Assembly (NCBI GenBank): GCA_021795355.1
Contig: JAJYPL010000004.1
Location: 1,467-65,466 of the forward strand
Length of the DNA: 64,000 bases
From: a bacterium
GTDB lineage: Bacteria > SZUA-79 > Acidulodesulfobacterales > Acidulodesulfobacteraceae
Reading direction: 5' to 3'
Shown: piece after piece, positions 18,995-28,600 of the stretch
Layout of the letters: each line of letters begins with the position of its first letter
Position numbering within the stretch: position 1 is the stretch's first letter
Notes under the pieces: generated by a model
Database searches by the model: none
The model's input: only the letters and a program-made list of their open reading frames with translations
Told to the model about the DNA's origin: nothing
Program-made: the position numbers and the translations under genes

Positions 18995-19462
18995 TTAAGA
19001 GACGGGTATTAAAGTATCAAAGTTAACGAAAAGGCCGCCTATGTCGAAACTTATTTTTAAAACGCCGTTTGATAAAGATGCGTTAGTATTTTCTTTTAAG
19101 GGAGAGACGGGCAGTAAGATGAATTTCTCGAATCTGCCGAATCTTCTTTCAAGGCAGTGAAAATTAACCGCCGGTTTAGTTTTATTCCCCTCTTCGGCTT
19201 TCCATCGGATTACCAGAACGTTATGGTGAATTCCTATTAAAATGTTGTCTTTTTTTATTCCGGGAAGTTCGATTTCTACGGTTAAGGTATTTTCGTGGGT
19301 GTAGATATCTATAGGGGCGTACGGGGCGGAATTTGTTTTAAAAGAATAAGGCAGGTCTTCGGCGTTAAACAAACCGAAATTATTATGAAAAAGTTTTTCT
19401 ATTTCATTTCTAAATTTTATTATTTTTTTGCTTAAATCGTCGTCTTCATAAAAAAATTTCAT
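18995..19462 (-). CDS. Hsp20/alpha-crystallin small heat-shock protein
   Basis: Alpha-crystallin core: ...LTVEIELPGIKKDNI...ERRFGRFEKFILLP...NGVLKISF. Confidence 0.8.
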   Translation of the reverse strand: MKFFYEDDDLSKKIIKFRNEIEKLFHNNFGLFNAEDLPYSFKTNSAPYAPIDIYTHENTLTVEIELPGIKKDNILIGIHHNVLVIRWKAEEGNKTKPAVNFHCLERRFGRFEKFILLPVSPLKENTNASLSNGVLKISFDIGGLFVNFDTLIPVS

Positions 19463-19466
19463 AATT

Positions 19467-20339
19467 TTAATCTCTGCACCATTCCGATTTTTTAATAAAA
19501 TCCATTAAGCCTTTTTTAATTTCGTCGTTTTTTAAACCGTAAATTATCTGTGCCTTAAGCAGGTCGAGTTTGTTGCCGCCGTCGTATCTGTCGCCGTTGA
19601 ATTCCAAGGCATAAACGGGCTGAATCTGGAGCAGGGATTTTATGGCGTCGGTAAGCTGAATTTCGCCGCCTTTTCCGGGAGCGGTATTTTTAAGAAAGTC
19701 GAATATATCCGGCATTAATATATATCTTCCTATTATTGCAAGATTGGAAGGAGCGTCTTTAATATCGGGTTTTTCGACTAAATCTTCCACGCCGTACAAG
19801 CCTTTTTCAATTTCTTTGCCGCTGATTATTCCGTATTTCGATACGTCTTCGTCTTTAACCCGCTGAACCGCCAAAACGGAATATCTGTATTTTTTATAAA
19901 TAGCGACCATCTGTTTCATAACGGGAACTTCGGAATCTATAATGTCGTCGCTCAATACGACCGCGAAAGGTTCATCGCCGACCATATTTTGAGAGCATAA
20001 AATCGCATGCCCAAGTCCAAGAGCTTCTTTTTGCCTCGTATAAGTAAGGCTGATGCGGTTAGATATTTCATCGACCGATTTTAAGAGGTGGTGCTTGCCT
20101 TTTTCTTTCAGAAGAATTTCATGTTCTATCGACCTGTCGAAGTAGTCTTCTATAGCCGTTTTTCCTCTGCCGGTGATGATGATTATATCCGTTATATCCG
20201 CCCCCATGCATTCTTCGACGCCGTACTGTATTAAAGGCTTATCTACGAGAACAAGCATTTCTTTCGGAATCGATTTTGTAATAGGCAGAAGCCTTGTTCC
20301 AAGACCCGCGGCGGGAAAAACCGCTTTATTGACTTTCAT
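19467..20339 (-). CDS. galU: UTP--glucose-1-phosphate uridylyltransferase
   Basis: KAVFPAAGLGTRLLPITKSIPKEML N-terminal signature and VEKP motif. Confidence 0.9.
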   Translation of the reverse strand: MKVNKAVFPAAGLGTRLLPITKSIPKEMLVLVDKPLIQYGVEECMGADITDIIIITGRGKTAIEDYFDRSIEHEILLKEKGKHHLLKSVDEISNRISLTYTRQKEALGLGHAILCSQNMVGDEPFAVVLSDDIIDSEVPVMKQMVAIYKKYRYSVLAVQRVKDEDVSKYGIISGKEIEKGLYGVEDLVEKPDIKDAPSNLAIIGRYILMPDIFDFLKNTAPGKGGEIQLTDAIKSLLQIQPVYALEFNGDRYDGGNKLDLLKAQIIYGLKNDEIKKGLMDFIKKSEWCRD

Positions 20340-20599
20340 TAATAAAGAGCCTCCGTAAATAAATTTAGTATAGCAGTTTTAGTAAAATATTACGAAATAA
20401 TATACCATAATAAAAAAAAATATCAAAATTATCAATATTAAATACGGGGACGGAATTGAATACCGCCCCCGCCACAACTTGGGCAATAATATTTTTTTGA
20501 TAATATTTTCGGTTTATGATAAAATTATTCAGTATCTCAAAAATTAAATAAAATATAACTATAAGTCTCAACCTCAAAATTTTTAAAATTAAATTAAAT

Positions 20600-21184
20600 A
20601 TGACGAAAAAAAATCTGCAGATAATTAAGCTTTCGGTTTTTGTATTAGCTATCGTATTTTTGTCGATAATCATAGTAAAGATGCCGGAAATAGTAGCATC
20701 GATAAAGAATTCTTCTTCGCCGAAAGGAAAACCTGCTTTAAAAAAATCGGGAAATAAATTCAAGGCGCCGTATTTTTCAGTTTCCGCTATTAACTATAAA
20801 GGAAAAGTCTTATCGTTAAAACGCTATAAAGGAAAAATAATTTTAGTAAATTTTTGGGCTACGTGGTGTCCCCCCTGCAGAGCCGAAATCCCTCGATTGG
20901 AAAAATTTTACAAATCGCATAAAAAAGACGGCTTTACCGTAATCGGTCTTTCGGTTAACAATCAGGGAAAAAACTACGTCCTGCATTTTATAAAGACCTT
21001 TAAGGGCGGCATTATAACTTATCCCGTAGGCATGGCTACATATTCGATAGAAAAAGCATACGGAAACATATATGAAATTCCGCAGTCTTTTCTTATAAAC
21101 AGAAAAGGCTATATAGTAGCGCATATTACCGGCGAATTGCCGAGGGGATATTTGCCGTACGAATTTAATAAATTAAATAAATAA
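20600..21184 (+). CDS. membrane-anchored TlpA/ResA-like thiol:disulfide oxidoreductase
   Basis: N-terminal TM anchor. The thioredoxin fold has WATWCPPCRAE. Confidence 0.75.
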   Translation: MTKKNLQIIKLSVFVLAIVFLSIIIVKMPEIVASIKNSSSPKGKPALKKSGNKFKAPYFSVSAINYKGKVLSLKRYKGKIILVNFWATWCPPCRAEIPRLEKFYKSHKKDGFTVIGLSVNNQGKNYVLHFIKTFKGGIITYPVGMATYSIEKAYGNIYEIPQSFLINRKGYIVAHITGELPRGYLPYEFNKLNK

Positions 21185-21197
21185 ATTATTTTTACAC

Positions 21198-21289
21198 GGA
21201 GAGATGGCCGAGTCCGGTTGAAGGCGATTGACTCGAAATCAATTGTAGGCGAAAGCTTACCGGGGGTTCGAATCCCTCTCTCTCCGCCA
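21198..21289 (+). tRNA. tRNA-Ser (anticodon CGA), class II with long variable arm, CCA encoded
   Basis: Acceptor GGAGAGA/TCTCTCC. Anticodon stem attga/tcaat with loop cTCGAaa. Variable arm gtaggcgaaagcttac. T-loop GGTTCGAATCC. 3' GCCA. Confidence 0.9.
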
Positions 21290-21579
21290 TTTATGTCAAA
21301 AAAGTAAGAATAACAATAATAGGTATTAAAAGACGGTCAGAGAGGGATTTGAACCTCCGGTAAGGGCGTAAGCCCGCAAGGGGGTTCGCCGCTTTTAGCG
21401 TCCGCAGGACGCTCATCCCTCTCTCTCCGCCATTTATGTCAAAAAAGTAAGAATAACAATAATAGGTATTAAAAGACGGTCAGAGAGGGATTTGAACCTC
21501 CGGTAAGGGCGTAAGCCCGCAAGGGGGTTCGCCGCTTTTAGCGTCCGCAGGACGCTCATCCCTCTCTCTCCGCCATTTA
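21272..21579 (+). repeat. 143-bp perfect tandem duplication (2 units plus a 22-bp third core) seeded on the tRNA-Ser 3' end
   Basis: The core ATCCCTCTCTCTCCGCCATTTA occurs at 21272, 21415 and 21558. The two 121-bp intervening segments read identical. Confidence 0.85.
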
Positions 21580-21592
21580 CTCCGCCGCTTAT

Positions 21593-21940
21593 ATGAAATT
21601 TAAATACGACGTAGAATATATTACGAAAATCACCAAGTTGAGCAAAGAGTTCATACTCGGACTCCTTAAATATTTTGACGGGCTTCCTTTGCAGGCTAAA
21701 CTTGAAGCGTTTTATATAAGCAAAATAATAGAAGAGGACGATGAATTTGCTTTTCATCAGCACTATTTCGATAAAGACAGATCCGCCGAATATGAATTCG
21801 CGCTGTTCATCCTGGGCGTTGAAAGGATATATTCCGTAGAACATAGAAAAGAAGAAGCGGAAGCTCAAGGAAAAAAACTTTCCGCATATAAGATAAATTT
21901 GATTTCAAAAATTACGGAACTCAGGAAGCAGGATGATTAA
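21593..21940 (+). CDS. hypothetical protein
   Basis: 115-aa ORF whose stop overlaps the dsrN start (ATGATTAA). No clear RBS. Overlaps an antisense ORF. Confidence 0.35.
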   Translation: MKFKYDVEYITKITKLSKEFILGLLKYFDGLPLQAKLEAFYISKIIEEDDEFAFHQHYFDKDRSAEYEFALFILGVERIYSVEHRKEEAEAQGKKLSAYKINLISKITELRKQDD

Positions 21941-23411
21941 CGTTGAAAATACCCAAAAATATAAAAAGAATAATAGAAATATTATTAAAGGAATTTACAT
22001 TTCAGCCGCTAAAAGAAATTCAGGGAAAACTACTATTTCTATAGCTCTGTCGCGTTTGCTGAGCAACAGGGGTTTATCCGTCCAGCCTTTCAAAAAAGGC
22101 CCTGATTTTATCGATCCCATGTGGCTGAATATCGCCTCAAGAAACAGGGCTTATAATCTGGATTTCTATTTTATGCCTAAAGATAAAATCAGAAATCATT
22201 TCTTAAAATATTCTTTAAATTCGGACATCAGCATAGTAGAGGGAAATCACGGTCTGCACGATTCTATAGATATTTACGGAAAATCGTCCAACGCCGAAAT
22301 GGCTAAACTGCTGGGACTTCCGGTGATACTTATTATAGACGTCGGAGAATTGAACAGAGGAGTTGTCCCTTTAATATTGGGGTATAAAGAATTCGATAAA
22401 AACGTAGATATAAAAGGCGTTATTCTGAATAAAGTCCACAGCAAAAGACACGAAAAAAATCTGCTTAGAGCGATTAAATATTATACCGATTTAAAGGTCG
22501 TAGGCAATATACCCAATAATCCGGAATTTTCTATAAAACAGAGGCATCTGGGGCTTTTATCGACGATGTCCGGCAGTGAAATAGAAGCGTTGGTAGATAA
22601 GACTTCAACCGAAATCGCGGACTATATAGATTTGGAAGGCATAATAAAAATGTCGAAATTTGCCGACAAACATTATACCGATGCCCAAAAAAAACATATA
22701 TTAAAATTAAACGCCGATAACGCAAAGCAAAAAAATAAAAGAAGCGGCTCAATCAAAATAGGCGTTGCTTTCGATAACGCTTTTAATTTTTATTATAACG
22801 AAAATTTGGAAGCTCTCGAAAATCTCGGATGCGAATTGATTAAATTTTCTCCGCTCTCCGATAAGCATCTGCCGGATATCGACGCTTTATATATAGGCGG
22901 CGGATTTCCGGAAATATTTGCGCAGGATTTACAGGACAATAACTCGATGCGGAAGGAGATAAGACGGAAAATAGAAGAAGGTCTTCCCGTTTATGCAGAG
23001 TGCGGCGGACTTATGTATCTTTGCCAAAGCATTTCTTACGAAAACGGTTTTAACGAAATGGTAGGCGCGATAGACGCCGACGTTAAACTTACCAAAAAAC
23101 CGAAGGGACACGGATACACGAAACTGACCCCGTATTCTTATGGGAAAGCGGGCGTAAGCCTGTGGTTCGATAAAATTAAATTAATAAAAGGACACGAATT
23201 TCATCATTCGTATTTAGAAATGTCTCCGGAAAGATATAAATTTGTATTTAAAATGAAAAAAGGCTACGGAGTGGACGGCTTCTCCGACGGCATAACATAT
23301 AAGAATCTTTTGGCAGGATACACGCATATGTATTCTCCGTCGTCGCCAGGGTGGTTTAAAAACTGGGTTGCTTTTATAAAACGGACAAAAAATAAACAAG
23401 AAAATATGTAG
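21933..23411 (+). CDS. dsrN: cobyrinate a,c-diamide synthase homolog; by context DsrN-like siroheme amidase
   Basis: CbiA/CobB N-terminal P-loop (AKRNSGKTT) and a C-terminal glutamine amidotransferase domain (AECGGLMYL). Sits directly upstream of dsrAB. Confidence 0.75.
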   Translation: MINVENTQKYKKNNRNIIKGIYISAAKRNSGKTTISIALSRLLSNRGLSVQPFKKGPDFIDPMWLNIASRNRAYNLDFYFMPKDKIRNHFLKYSLNSDISIVEGNHGLHDSIDIYGKSSNAEMAKLLGLPVILIIDVGELNRGVVPLILGYKEFDKNVDIKGVILNKVHSKRHEKNLLRAIKYYTDLKVVGNIPNNPEFSIKQRHLGLLSTMSGSEIEALVDKTSTEIADYIDLEGIIKMSKFADKHYTDAQKKHILKLNADNAKQKNKRSGSIKIGVAFDNAFNFYYNENLEALENLGCELIKFSPLSDKHLPDIDALYIGGGFPEIFAQDLQDNNSMRKEIRRKIEEGLPVYAECGGLMYLCQSISYENGFNEMVGAIDADVKLTKKPKGHGYTKLTPYSYGKAGVSLWFDKIKLIKGHEFHHSYLEMSPERYKFVFKMKKGYGVDGFSDGITYKNLLAGYTHMYSPSSPGWFKNWVAFIKRTKNKQENM

Positions 23412-23538
23412 GATTTTTTATTACAACAATCAGATTTTATATTATTTAAAATGTTTAATATTAGTTGTACAATAAATTATTTGAGAACTATAGAAAATAA
23501 AATAACATATAATTTTTTTTATAACGGCAATTTTTTTA

Positions 23539-23568
23539 TTGACAATTATAGCAATAAAGTTGTATAAA
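23539..23568 (+). promoter_or_regulatory. candidate promoter for dsrAB
   Basis: TTGACA (23539-23544), 18-nt spacer, TATAAA (23563-23568), in a very AT-rich 277-bp intergenic region. Confidence 0.35.
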
Positions 23569-23688
23569 TAAAAATTACAACTATGTTTTAGTTTTAATTC
23601 ATTTAAAAAATAATGCGTATAAATATAAGGCGGCATTATAATTATTCTAATTTTATTTTTTTAATATTTAAATAAAGGAGGCTTTACT

Positions 23689-24876
23689 ATGGGTAAAAAG
23701 CACCAGACTCCGCTTCTTGACGAACTTAAAAAAGGGAAGTGGATAAGTTTTGTCAAGGAAATAGAAAGAGCGGCGGAGAAGAGCGAGAGAACCGAAGACC
23801 TTTTGGGACAGGTTGAAGAATCTTACCGCGATAAAGTAAACCATTGGAAACACGGCGGCATGGCGGGCGTTAAGGGATACGGCGCAGGAATGGTCGGCAG
23901 GTTCAGCGAATACCCCGATAAATATCCGGGAATTAAAGAATGTCATTCTATGAGAATTATACCTTCCGCAGGTTTTTTCTATAACTCCGATTTTCTTAGA
24001 AAATTAGCCGATATTTCCGAAAAACACGCCGGAGGCTTGCTGAACTTTCACGGAGCTACCGGAAATATTCAGATACTCGGAATGTCCCAGGCGGAAGCCG
24101 AAGACGTTTTCCAGGCAGTAGCGGAGCTCGGTTTCGACCTTGGCGGCAGCGGATCCGATTTAAGAACGCCTTCATGCTGTGCCGGACAGGCAAGATGCGA
24201 ATTTGCAAATTACGATACTATGAAAATTTGCCGCCATTTAACCGAAGAATATTTGGACGAGCTTCACAGACCGGCGTTTAATTATAAATTTAAATTTAAA
24301 TTTTCAGGATGCTCTAACGACTGCGTCGCATCAGCCGCAAGATCCGATCTTGCTTTCATAGGAACATGGAAAGACAAAATAAAAATCAATCAGGAAGAAG
24401 TAAAAAATTATAAAAAGAAATTCGACGTTCAAAAATACGTTCTCGATAAATGTCCGACAAAGTGCATGTGGTTTGAAGGTGAAAATCTTGCCATCGACGA
24501 CGAAAACTGCGTGAAATGTATGCACTGTATAAATGAACTGCCTAAAGCTCTTAAAGCCGGCGATGAAAGAGGCTGCTCTATTTTAATAGGAGCAAAAGCG
24601 CCTTTGGTTACCGGTCCTAGAATGGGCATGATGCTCGTTCCTTTTTACGACGTAAACGAAGATGCAAAGAACGACTATGAATGGATAAAATCCTTAATTT
24701 CCAATATGTGGGAATTCTGGGACGAATACGGAGTCAGCAGGGAAAGAATAGGAGAGCTTATAGGAAGGGTAGGATTAAATACCTTCTTGGAAGGCATAGG
24801 ATTAGAGCCTATTCCCGAAATGGTCGAACATCCGAGAAGCAATCCGTTTATTAAATTTACCGAAGACGAAGATTAG
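23689..24876 (+). CDS. dsrA: dissimilatory sulfite reductase alpha subunit
   Basis: Cysteine clusters (PSCCAGQARCE, FSGCSNDCVAS) and ferredoxin-insert cysteines (CPTKC, CVKCMHC). Paired with dsrB. RBS aaaggagg. Confidence 0.9.
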   Translation: MGKKHQTPLLDELKKGKWISFVKEIERAAEKSERTEDLLGQVEESYRDKVNHWKHGGMAGVKGYGAGMVGRFSEYPDKYPGIKECHSMRIIPSAGFFYNSDFLRKLADISEKHAGGLLNFHGATGNIQILGMSQAEAEDVFQAVAELGFDLGGSGSDLRTPSCCAGQARCEFANYDTMKICRHLTEEYLDELHRPAFNYKFKFKFSGCSNDCVASAARSDLAFIGTWKDKIKINQEEVKNYKKKFDVQKYVLDKCPTKCMWFEGENLAIDDENCVKCMHCINELPKALKAGDERGCSILIGAKAPLVTGPRMGMMLVPFYDVNEDAKNDYEWIKSLISNMWEFWDEYGVSRERIGELIGRVGLNTFLEGIGLEPIPEMVEHPRSNPFIKFTEDED

Positions 24877-24949
24877 TAGTCTTAAAATTTAAAAATTAAA
24901 ATAATAATAACAATAATTTTTAGCATTATATATAAATTTGGAGGTTAAT

Positions 24950-26035
24950 ATGGCAGAAGAAGTTAAAAAGAAAAGACTTACCGATATTGGACCCCATGAT
25001 TACAACGAATATTTGTCGCCCGTTATAAAAAAGAATTACGGCAAATGGGCTTATCATGAGATTATCGATCCCGGCACTATGGTGCACGTGGCGGAAAGCG
25101 GCGATAAACTGTATACGGTGAGAATGGGTTCGCCGAGATTAGTCAGCGGCAGTTTCGTGAGGGATATTTGCGATATCGCCGATAAATACTGCGGCGGACA
25201 CTTAAGATTTACTACAAGAAATAACGTTGAATTTTTAATAGAAGACGAAAAAAACGTCGAACCGCTTAAAAAAGACCTTGAAAAAATGGGCTATAACGTA
25301 GGCGGCATAGGCAACATTGTTGCAAATATAGTTCATACTCAGGGATGGGTGCACTGCCATACTTCCGCAAGCGATGCATCAGGCGTCGTAAAATCGGTCA
25401 TGGATGAATTATATGAATATTTTGTTGAAGAAAAGCTTCCGTCAAAAGTCAGAATAGCATTTGCATGCTGTTTAAATATGTGCGGTTCCGTTTCGTCTTC
25501 GGACATAGCTATAGTAGGAACTCACAGAAAACCGCCGAGAATCGATCTCGAAAGACTTAGAAACCTCTGCGAAATACCGAGTACTATTGCGGCGTGTCCT
25601 ACAAATTCAATCAGGCCGGATACCGTGGACGGTAAACCGGCAGTAAAAGTAAACGAAGAAACTTGCGTTTTTTGCGGAAGCTGCTATACGGTTTGTCCCG
25701 CTATGCCTATTGCTAATGCCGAAAACGACGGTTTATCGATTTGGGTCGGAGGAAAAGTATCCAATGCCAGAACGAAACCGACTTTCTCTAAATTGGCGAT
25801 ACCGTTTATTCCTAATGATCCTCCGAGATGGCCGGGAGTAGTAAACGCCGTTAAAACTATTCTTAACGAATATAAAAAAGGCGCAGAACCGGGCGAAAGA
25901 GTCGGCGAATGGATAGACAGGATAGGCTGGCCGAGATTCTTTAAGATTACGGGATTCCCGTTCACGAAATACCATATCGACGATTTCAGGCTCGGCGAAA
26001 CTACTATGAACTATTCTTCGCACGCCAGGTTGTAG
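24950..26035 (+). CDS. dsrB: dissimilatory sulfite reductase beta subunit
   Basis: [10 protein letters not shown] siroheme/[4Fe-4S] region, CCLNMCG, and a ferredoxin insert ([12 protein letters not shown]). Start set at the ATG 5 nt after GGAGG; the track ORF begins at 24938. Confidence 0.9.
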   Translation: MAEEVKKKRLTDIGPHDYNEYLSPVIKKNYGKWAYHEIIDPGTMVHVAESGDKLYTVRMGSPRLVSGSFVRDICDIADKYCGGHLRFTTRNNVEFLIEDEKNVEPLKKDLEKMGYNVGGIGNIVANIVHTQGWVHCHTSASDASGVVKSVMDELYEYFVEEKLPSKVRIAFACCLNMCGSVSSSDIAIVGTHRKPPRIDLERLRNLCEIPSTIAACPTNSIRPDTVDGKPAVKVNEETCVFCGSCYTVCPAMPIANAENDGLSIWVGGKVSNARTKPTFSKLAIPFIPNDPPRWPGVVNAVKTILNEYKKGAEPGERVGEWIDRIGWPRFFKITGFPFTKYHIDDFRLGETTMNYSSHARL

Positions 26036-26099
26036 TCTTTCGATAATTTTTATAAATTAAAACTAATATTTAGTATTTAGTATATAGGGAGCTCATTAT

Positions 26100-26336
26100 A
26101 TGACTGACGAAACTAAAAAGAAAGTCGAGGATAAAATTTTAGGGCTTGTGACGGAATATGCAGGAAAAAAAAGGTTCAAGCCGATAGATATCGTTAAGGA
26201 AATGGAAAAGGAGTTTGCAAGCGAAGGGTTAACTAAAGACGATATTAAAGGAGCATTAAAAGACTTAATGGACGATGAAAAGCTTGTTTACGGATATGCA
26301 GGAGGCAGTTTCCTGACGCTTCCGGAAAATAAGTAA
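26100..26336 (+). CDS. dsrD: DsrD-like small winged-helix protein
   Basis: 78 aa, immediately after dsrB. Lys-rich N-terminus and a C-terminal LVYGYAGGSFLTL that aligns with the EYWSSGSTTMYGL region of DsrD. Confidence 0.7.
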   Translation: MTDETKKKVEDKILGLVTEYAGKKRFKPIDIVKEMEKEFASEGLTKDDIKGALKDLMDDEKLVYGYAGGSFLTLPENK

Positions 26337-26355
26337 ATAACTAACTAATAAAAAA

Positions 26356-26390
26356 ACGGTAAGGCGTAAATAAAGTTTACGCCTTACCGT
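26356..26390 (+). terminator. strong hairpin after dsrD (attenuator or mRNA-stabilising stem)
   Basis: acggtaaggcgtaaa / tttacgccttaccgt perfect 15-bp stem with a 5-nt loop. No T-tract. Confidence 0.4.
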
Positions 26391-26455
26391 CGAATAATAA
26401 ATAGCGTTGGCCGAAATTTAATCCGTCCAACTGAAAAATAAAATAGGGAAAAATT

Positions 26456-28168
26456 ATGCTTGAATTAAAAAAACCAAAAAAACCGGCAAAAATTGCGGCA
26501 AATACGGGCGGCGGCATGTCTCAGTCGCCGTACAGGCCCAAATACGTCGAAAAAAGACCTCCGTGTATGGATACTTGTCCGAATGGAACCAAGGTTAGGG
26601 ATTATATTCAGCTTATAGCGCAGAGCGAGTCATACGACCGTCCGATAGACGACTCCTTAAAACTCGCTTTTAATATGCTGACGGAGTCGAATCCCCTTCC
26701 TTCGACAACGGGAAGAGTATGTCCCCATCCGTGCGAGGATGCATGCAACAGAAAAGAAAAAGACACGCCGGTAGCCATTAACGCTATAGAAATGTTTGTA
26801 GGAGATTACGGAATAAAAAATAATCTTCAGTATAAAAAATTGACCGAAGTTACAAGAAAAGAAAAGATTGCAATAATAGGAAGCGGCCCTGCGGGATTGT
26901 CGGCAGCTTATCATCTTGCGTTAAGGGGATATAACGTGGTTATTTTCGAAAAATTTCCGGAAACCGGAGGATATTTAAGGTACGGAATACCCCGTTTCAG
27001 GCTGCCGTTAGATATCATAGATGCGGAAGTTCAGCGCATTAAAAATCTCGGAGTAGAGATTAAGACAGGGGTTAACATAGGGACGGACGTAACGTTAGAC
27101 GGCCTTAAGTCAGAATATGACGCAATATTTATAGCTATAGGAACTCACGAACCTATAAAAATGAAGATGAACGGCGCAGATTCCGCTAATGTTTATACCG
27201 GAATAGAATTTCTGCAGAAAGCGGCTTCCGGCGAACTTAAAGATGCGGGAAAAGAAGTTGTAGTTATCGGGAGCGACAGCGCAATGGACGCGGGAATGGT
27301 TGCAAAAAGGCTGGGCGCTAACGTCACGTTTATTTATAATAAAGGCACCGTTAACGATGCATCCGAAATAGAAGAAAAAGGTTCTACGGAAGTAAAAGAG
27401 GGGCACGCCGAAGGAATAAAATTCGAATTTTTATTTGCGCTTGACGAGATAGTTACGGAAAACGGCAAAGCCACAGCCGTAAAACTTAAAAAAATGAAAC
27501 TTTCTGAGAAAGACGCATCCGGCAGGGTTCATCCGATAATCATCGAAGGCGGACAGGAACTTAATTTAAAATTAGACACCCTGATATATTCGTTCGGTCA
27601 AAAACCGGATTATAAAGGTTTAGAAAATCTAACTAAAAATCCGAATAACGAGTTTTTAAAAGTTGACGATAATTATCTTGTAGCAGGAGAAGATAAAGTG
27701 TTTGCCGGCGGCGATATATTAAGGTTCGGTCTCGTTACGGATGCTATCGGAATGGGAAGATATGCCGCATACGCTATACATAAAAAGTTTAGCGGAGAAC
27801 AGGTTATTAACGACGAAAGAAGAGTTATAAAGTACGACGACGCAGTAAACAGAGAAGGGAAAAATATGTATCTTGCATATTTTCAGCCGGCAGAAAGAAA
27901 GAAAAGGACATCTAGAGATCCGAAAGAAAGAGTTAAAGATTTCGAGGGTATTTTAAACGACCTTAATTTCGACGAACTTGTTTCGGAAGTAAAGAGGTGT
28001 ATGAGCTGCGGACTTTGCTTCGACTGCGGCAGCTGTTTCGAATACTGCTCGCAGAGCGCAGTTAAAAAATTGCCCAAAGGACAGCATTTCGAATTTCATC
28101 TCGAAACGTGCAACGGATGTAAAAAATGCGCCGAAAGCTGCCCATGCGGTTATATAGATATGCTGTAA
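26456..28168 (+). CDS. dsrL: DsrL-like NAD(P)H:acceptor oxidoreductase (GltD-like flavoprotein with C-terminal 2x[4Fe-4S] ferredoxin domain)
   Basis: N-terminal Cys cluster (CPHPCEDACNR), FAD/NAD folds (IIGSGPAGLSAA, VIGSDSAMD), and C-terminal CMSCGLCFDCGSC...CNGCKKCAESCPC. Located within the dsr cluster. Confidence 0.75.
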   Translation: MLELKKPKKPAKIAANTGGGMSQSPYRPKYVEKRPPCMDTCPNGTKVRDYIQLIAQSESYDRPIDDSLKLAFNMLTESNPLPSTTGRVCPHPCEDACNRKEKDTPVAINAIEMFVGDYGIKNNLQYKKLTEVTRKEKIAIIGSGPAGLSAAYHLALRGYNVVIFEKFPETGGYLRYGIPRFRLPLDIIDAEVQRIKNLGVEIKTGVNIGTDVTLDGLKSEYDAIFIAIGTHEPIKMKMNGADSANVYTGIEFLQKAASGELKDAGKEVVVIGSDSAMDAGMVAKRLGANVTFIYNKGTVNDASEIEEKGSTEVKEGHAEGIKFEFLFALDEIVTENGKATAVKLKKMKLSEKDASGRVHPIIIEGGQELNLKLDTLIYSFGQKPDYKGLENLTKNPNNEFLKVDDNYLVAGEDKVFAGGDILRFGLVTDAIGMGRYAAYAIHKKFSGEQVINDERRVIKYDDAVNREGKNMYLAYFQPAERKKRTSRDPKERVKDFEGILNDLNFDELVSEVKRCMSCGLCFDCGSCFEYCSQSAVKKLPKGQHFEFHLETCNGCKKCAESCPCGYIDML

Positions 28169-28237
28169 ATGCAGCTTTTATTTAATATGATGTAATGGAT
28201 TTAAATAAATTAAATTTAATTTTAATGGAGGTTATTT

Positions 28238-28579
28238 ATGGCAAGTTTTGTTTATAACGGAAAAACGATAGAAACGGATGACGAAGGTTACCTTCAGAAT
28301 CTTGGAGACTGGGATAAAGGTCTTGCTGAAGTTCTTGCGAAGCAGGAAAATGTCGAATTAACCGAAAAGCACTGGAAATTAATTGAATGGATCAGGGATT
28401 ATTTCCAGAAATTTCAGGTTGCGCCGGCAATTAAATCGCTGACGAAAGAGGTCATGTCGCTTGAAAATTTACCTGATAAAAAAGAAGCTAATAAATTCAT
28501 TTATGAATTATTTCCGGAAGGTCCCGCAAAACAGCTTGCAAAAATCTCCGGTCTTCCTAAACCGACAGGCTGCGTTTAA
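28238..28579 (+). CDS. dsrC: DsrC/TusE-family protein with a single (penultimate) cysteine
   Basis: The C-terminus KISGLPKPTGCV matches the DsrC swinging arm. The position of the second conserved Cys, 11 residues upstream, is Ala. Confidence 0.85.
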   Translation: MASFVYNGKTIETDDEGYLQNLGDWDKGLAEVLAKQENVELTEKHWKLIEWIRDYFQKFQVAPAIKSLTKEVMSLENLPDKKEANKFIYELFPEGPAKQLAKISGLPKPTGCV

Positions 28580-28600
28580 TATAAAAAAGAACTATGTAAA

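Noticed and set aside
20365-20763. 132-aa minus-strand ORF in the galU/tlpA divergent region.
   Set aside because: It is an AT-rich, low-complexity (I/F/N/L) translation that overlaps the N-terminus of the TlpA-like gene. It has no RBS.
21343-21437. Minus-strand tRNA-like sequence inside the 143-bp repeat unit (T-arm GGTTCAAATCC, hairpin variable arm gggcttacgccc).
   Set aside because: It has no 5' acceptor strand complementary to tctgacc, no recognisable D-arm and no 7-nt anticodon loop in register. I treat it as a tRNA-Ser 3'-half fragment, not a functional tRNA or tRNA-Sec.
21272-21579. Possible CRISPR array, because of regularly spaced repeats.
   Set aside because: There are only three 22-bp cores, the period is 143 bp, and the two 'spacers' are identical. 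No cas genes are present. It is a tandem duplication, not a CRISPR array.
21434-21868. 144-aa minus-strand ORF overlapping the tandem repeat and the 115-aa plus-strand ORF.
   Set aside because: It begins inside repeat DNA, has no RBS, and has a low-complexity composition. It is antisense to a better-placed ORF that is coupled to dsrN.
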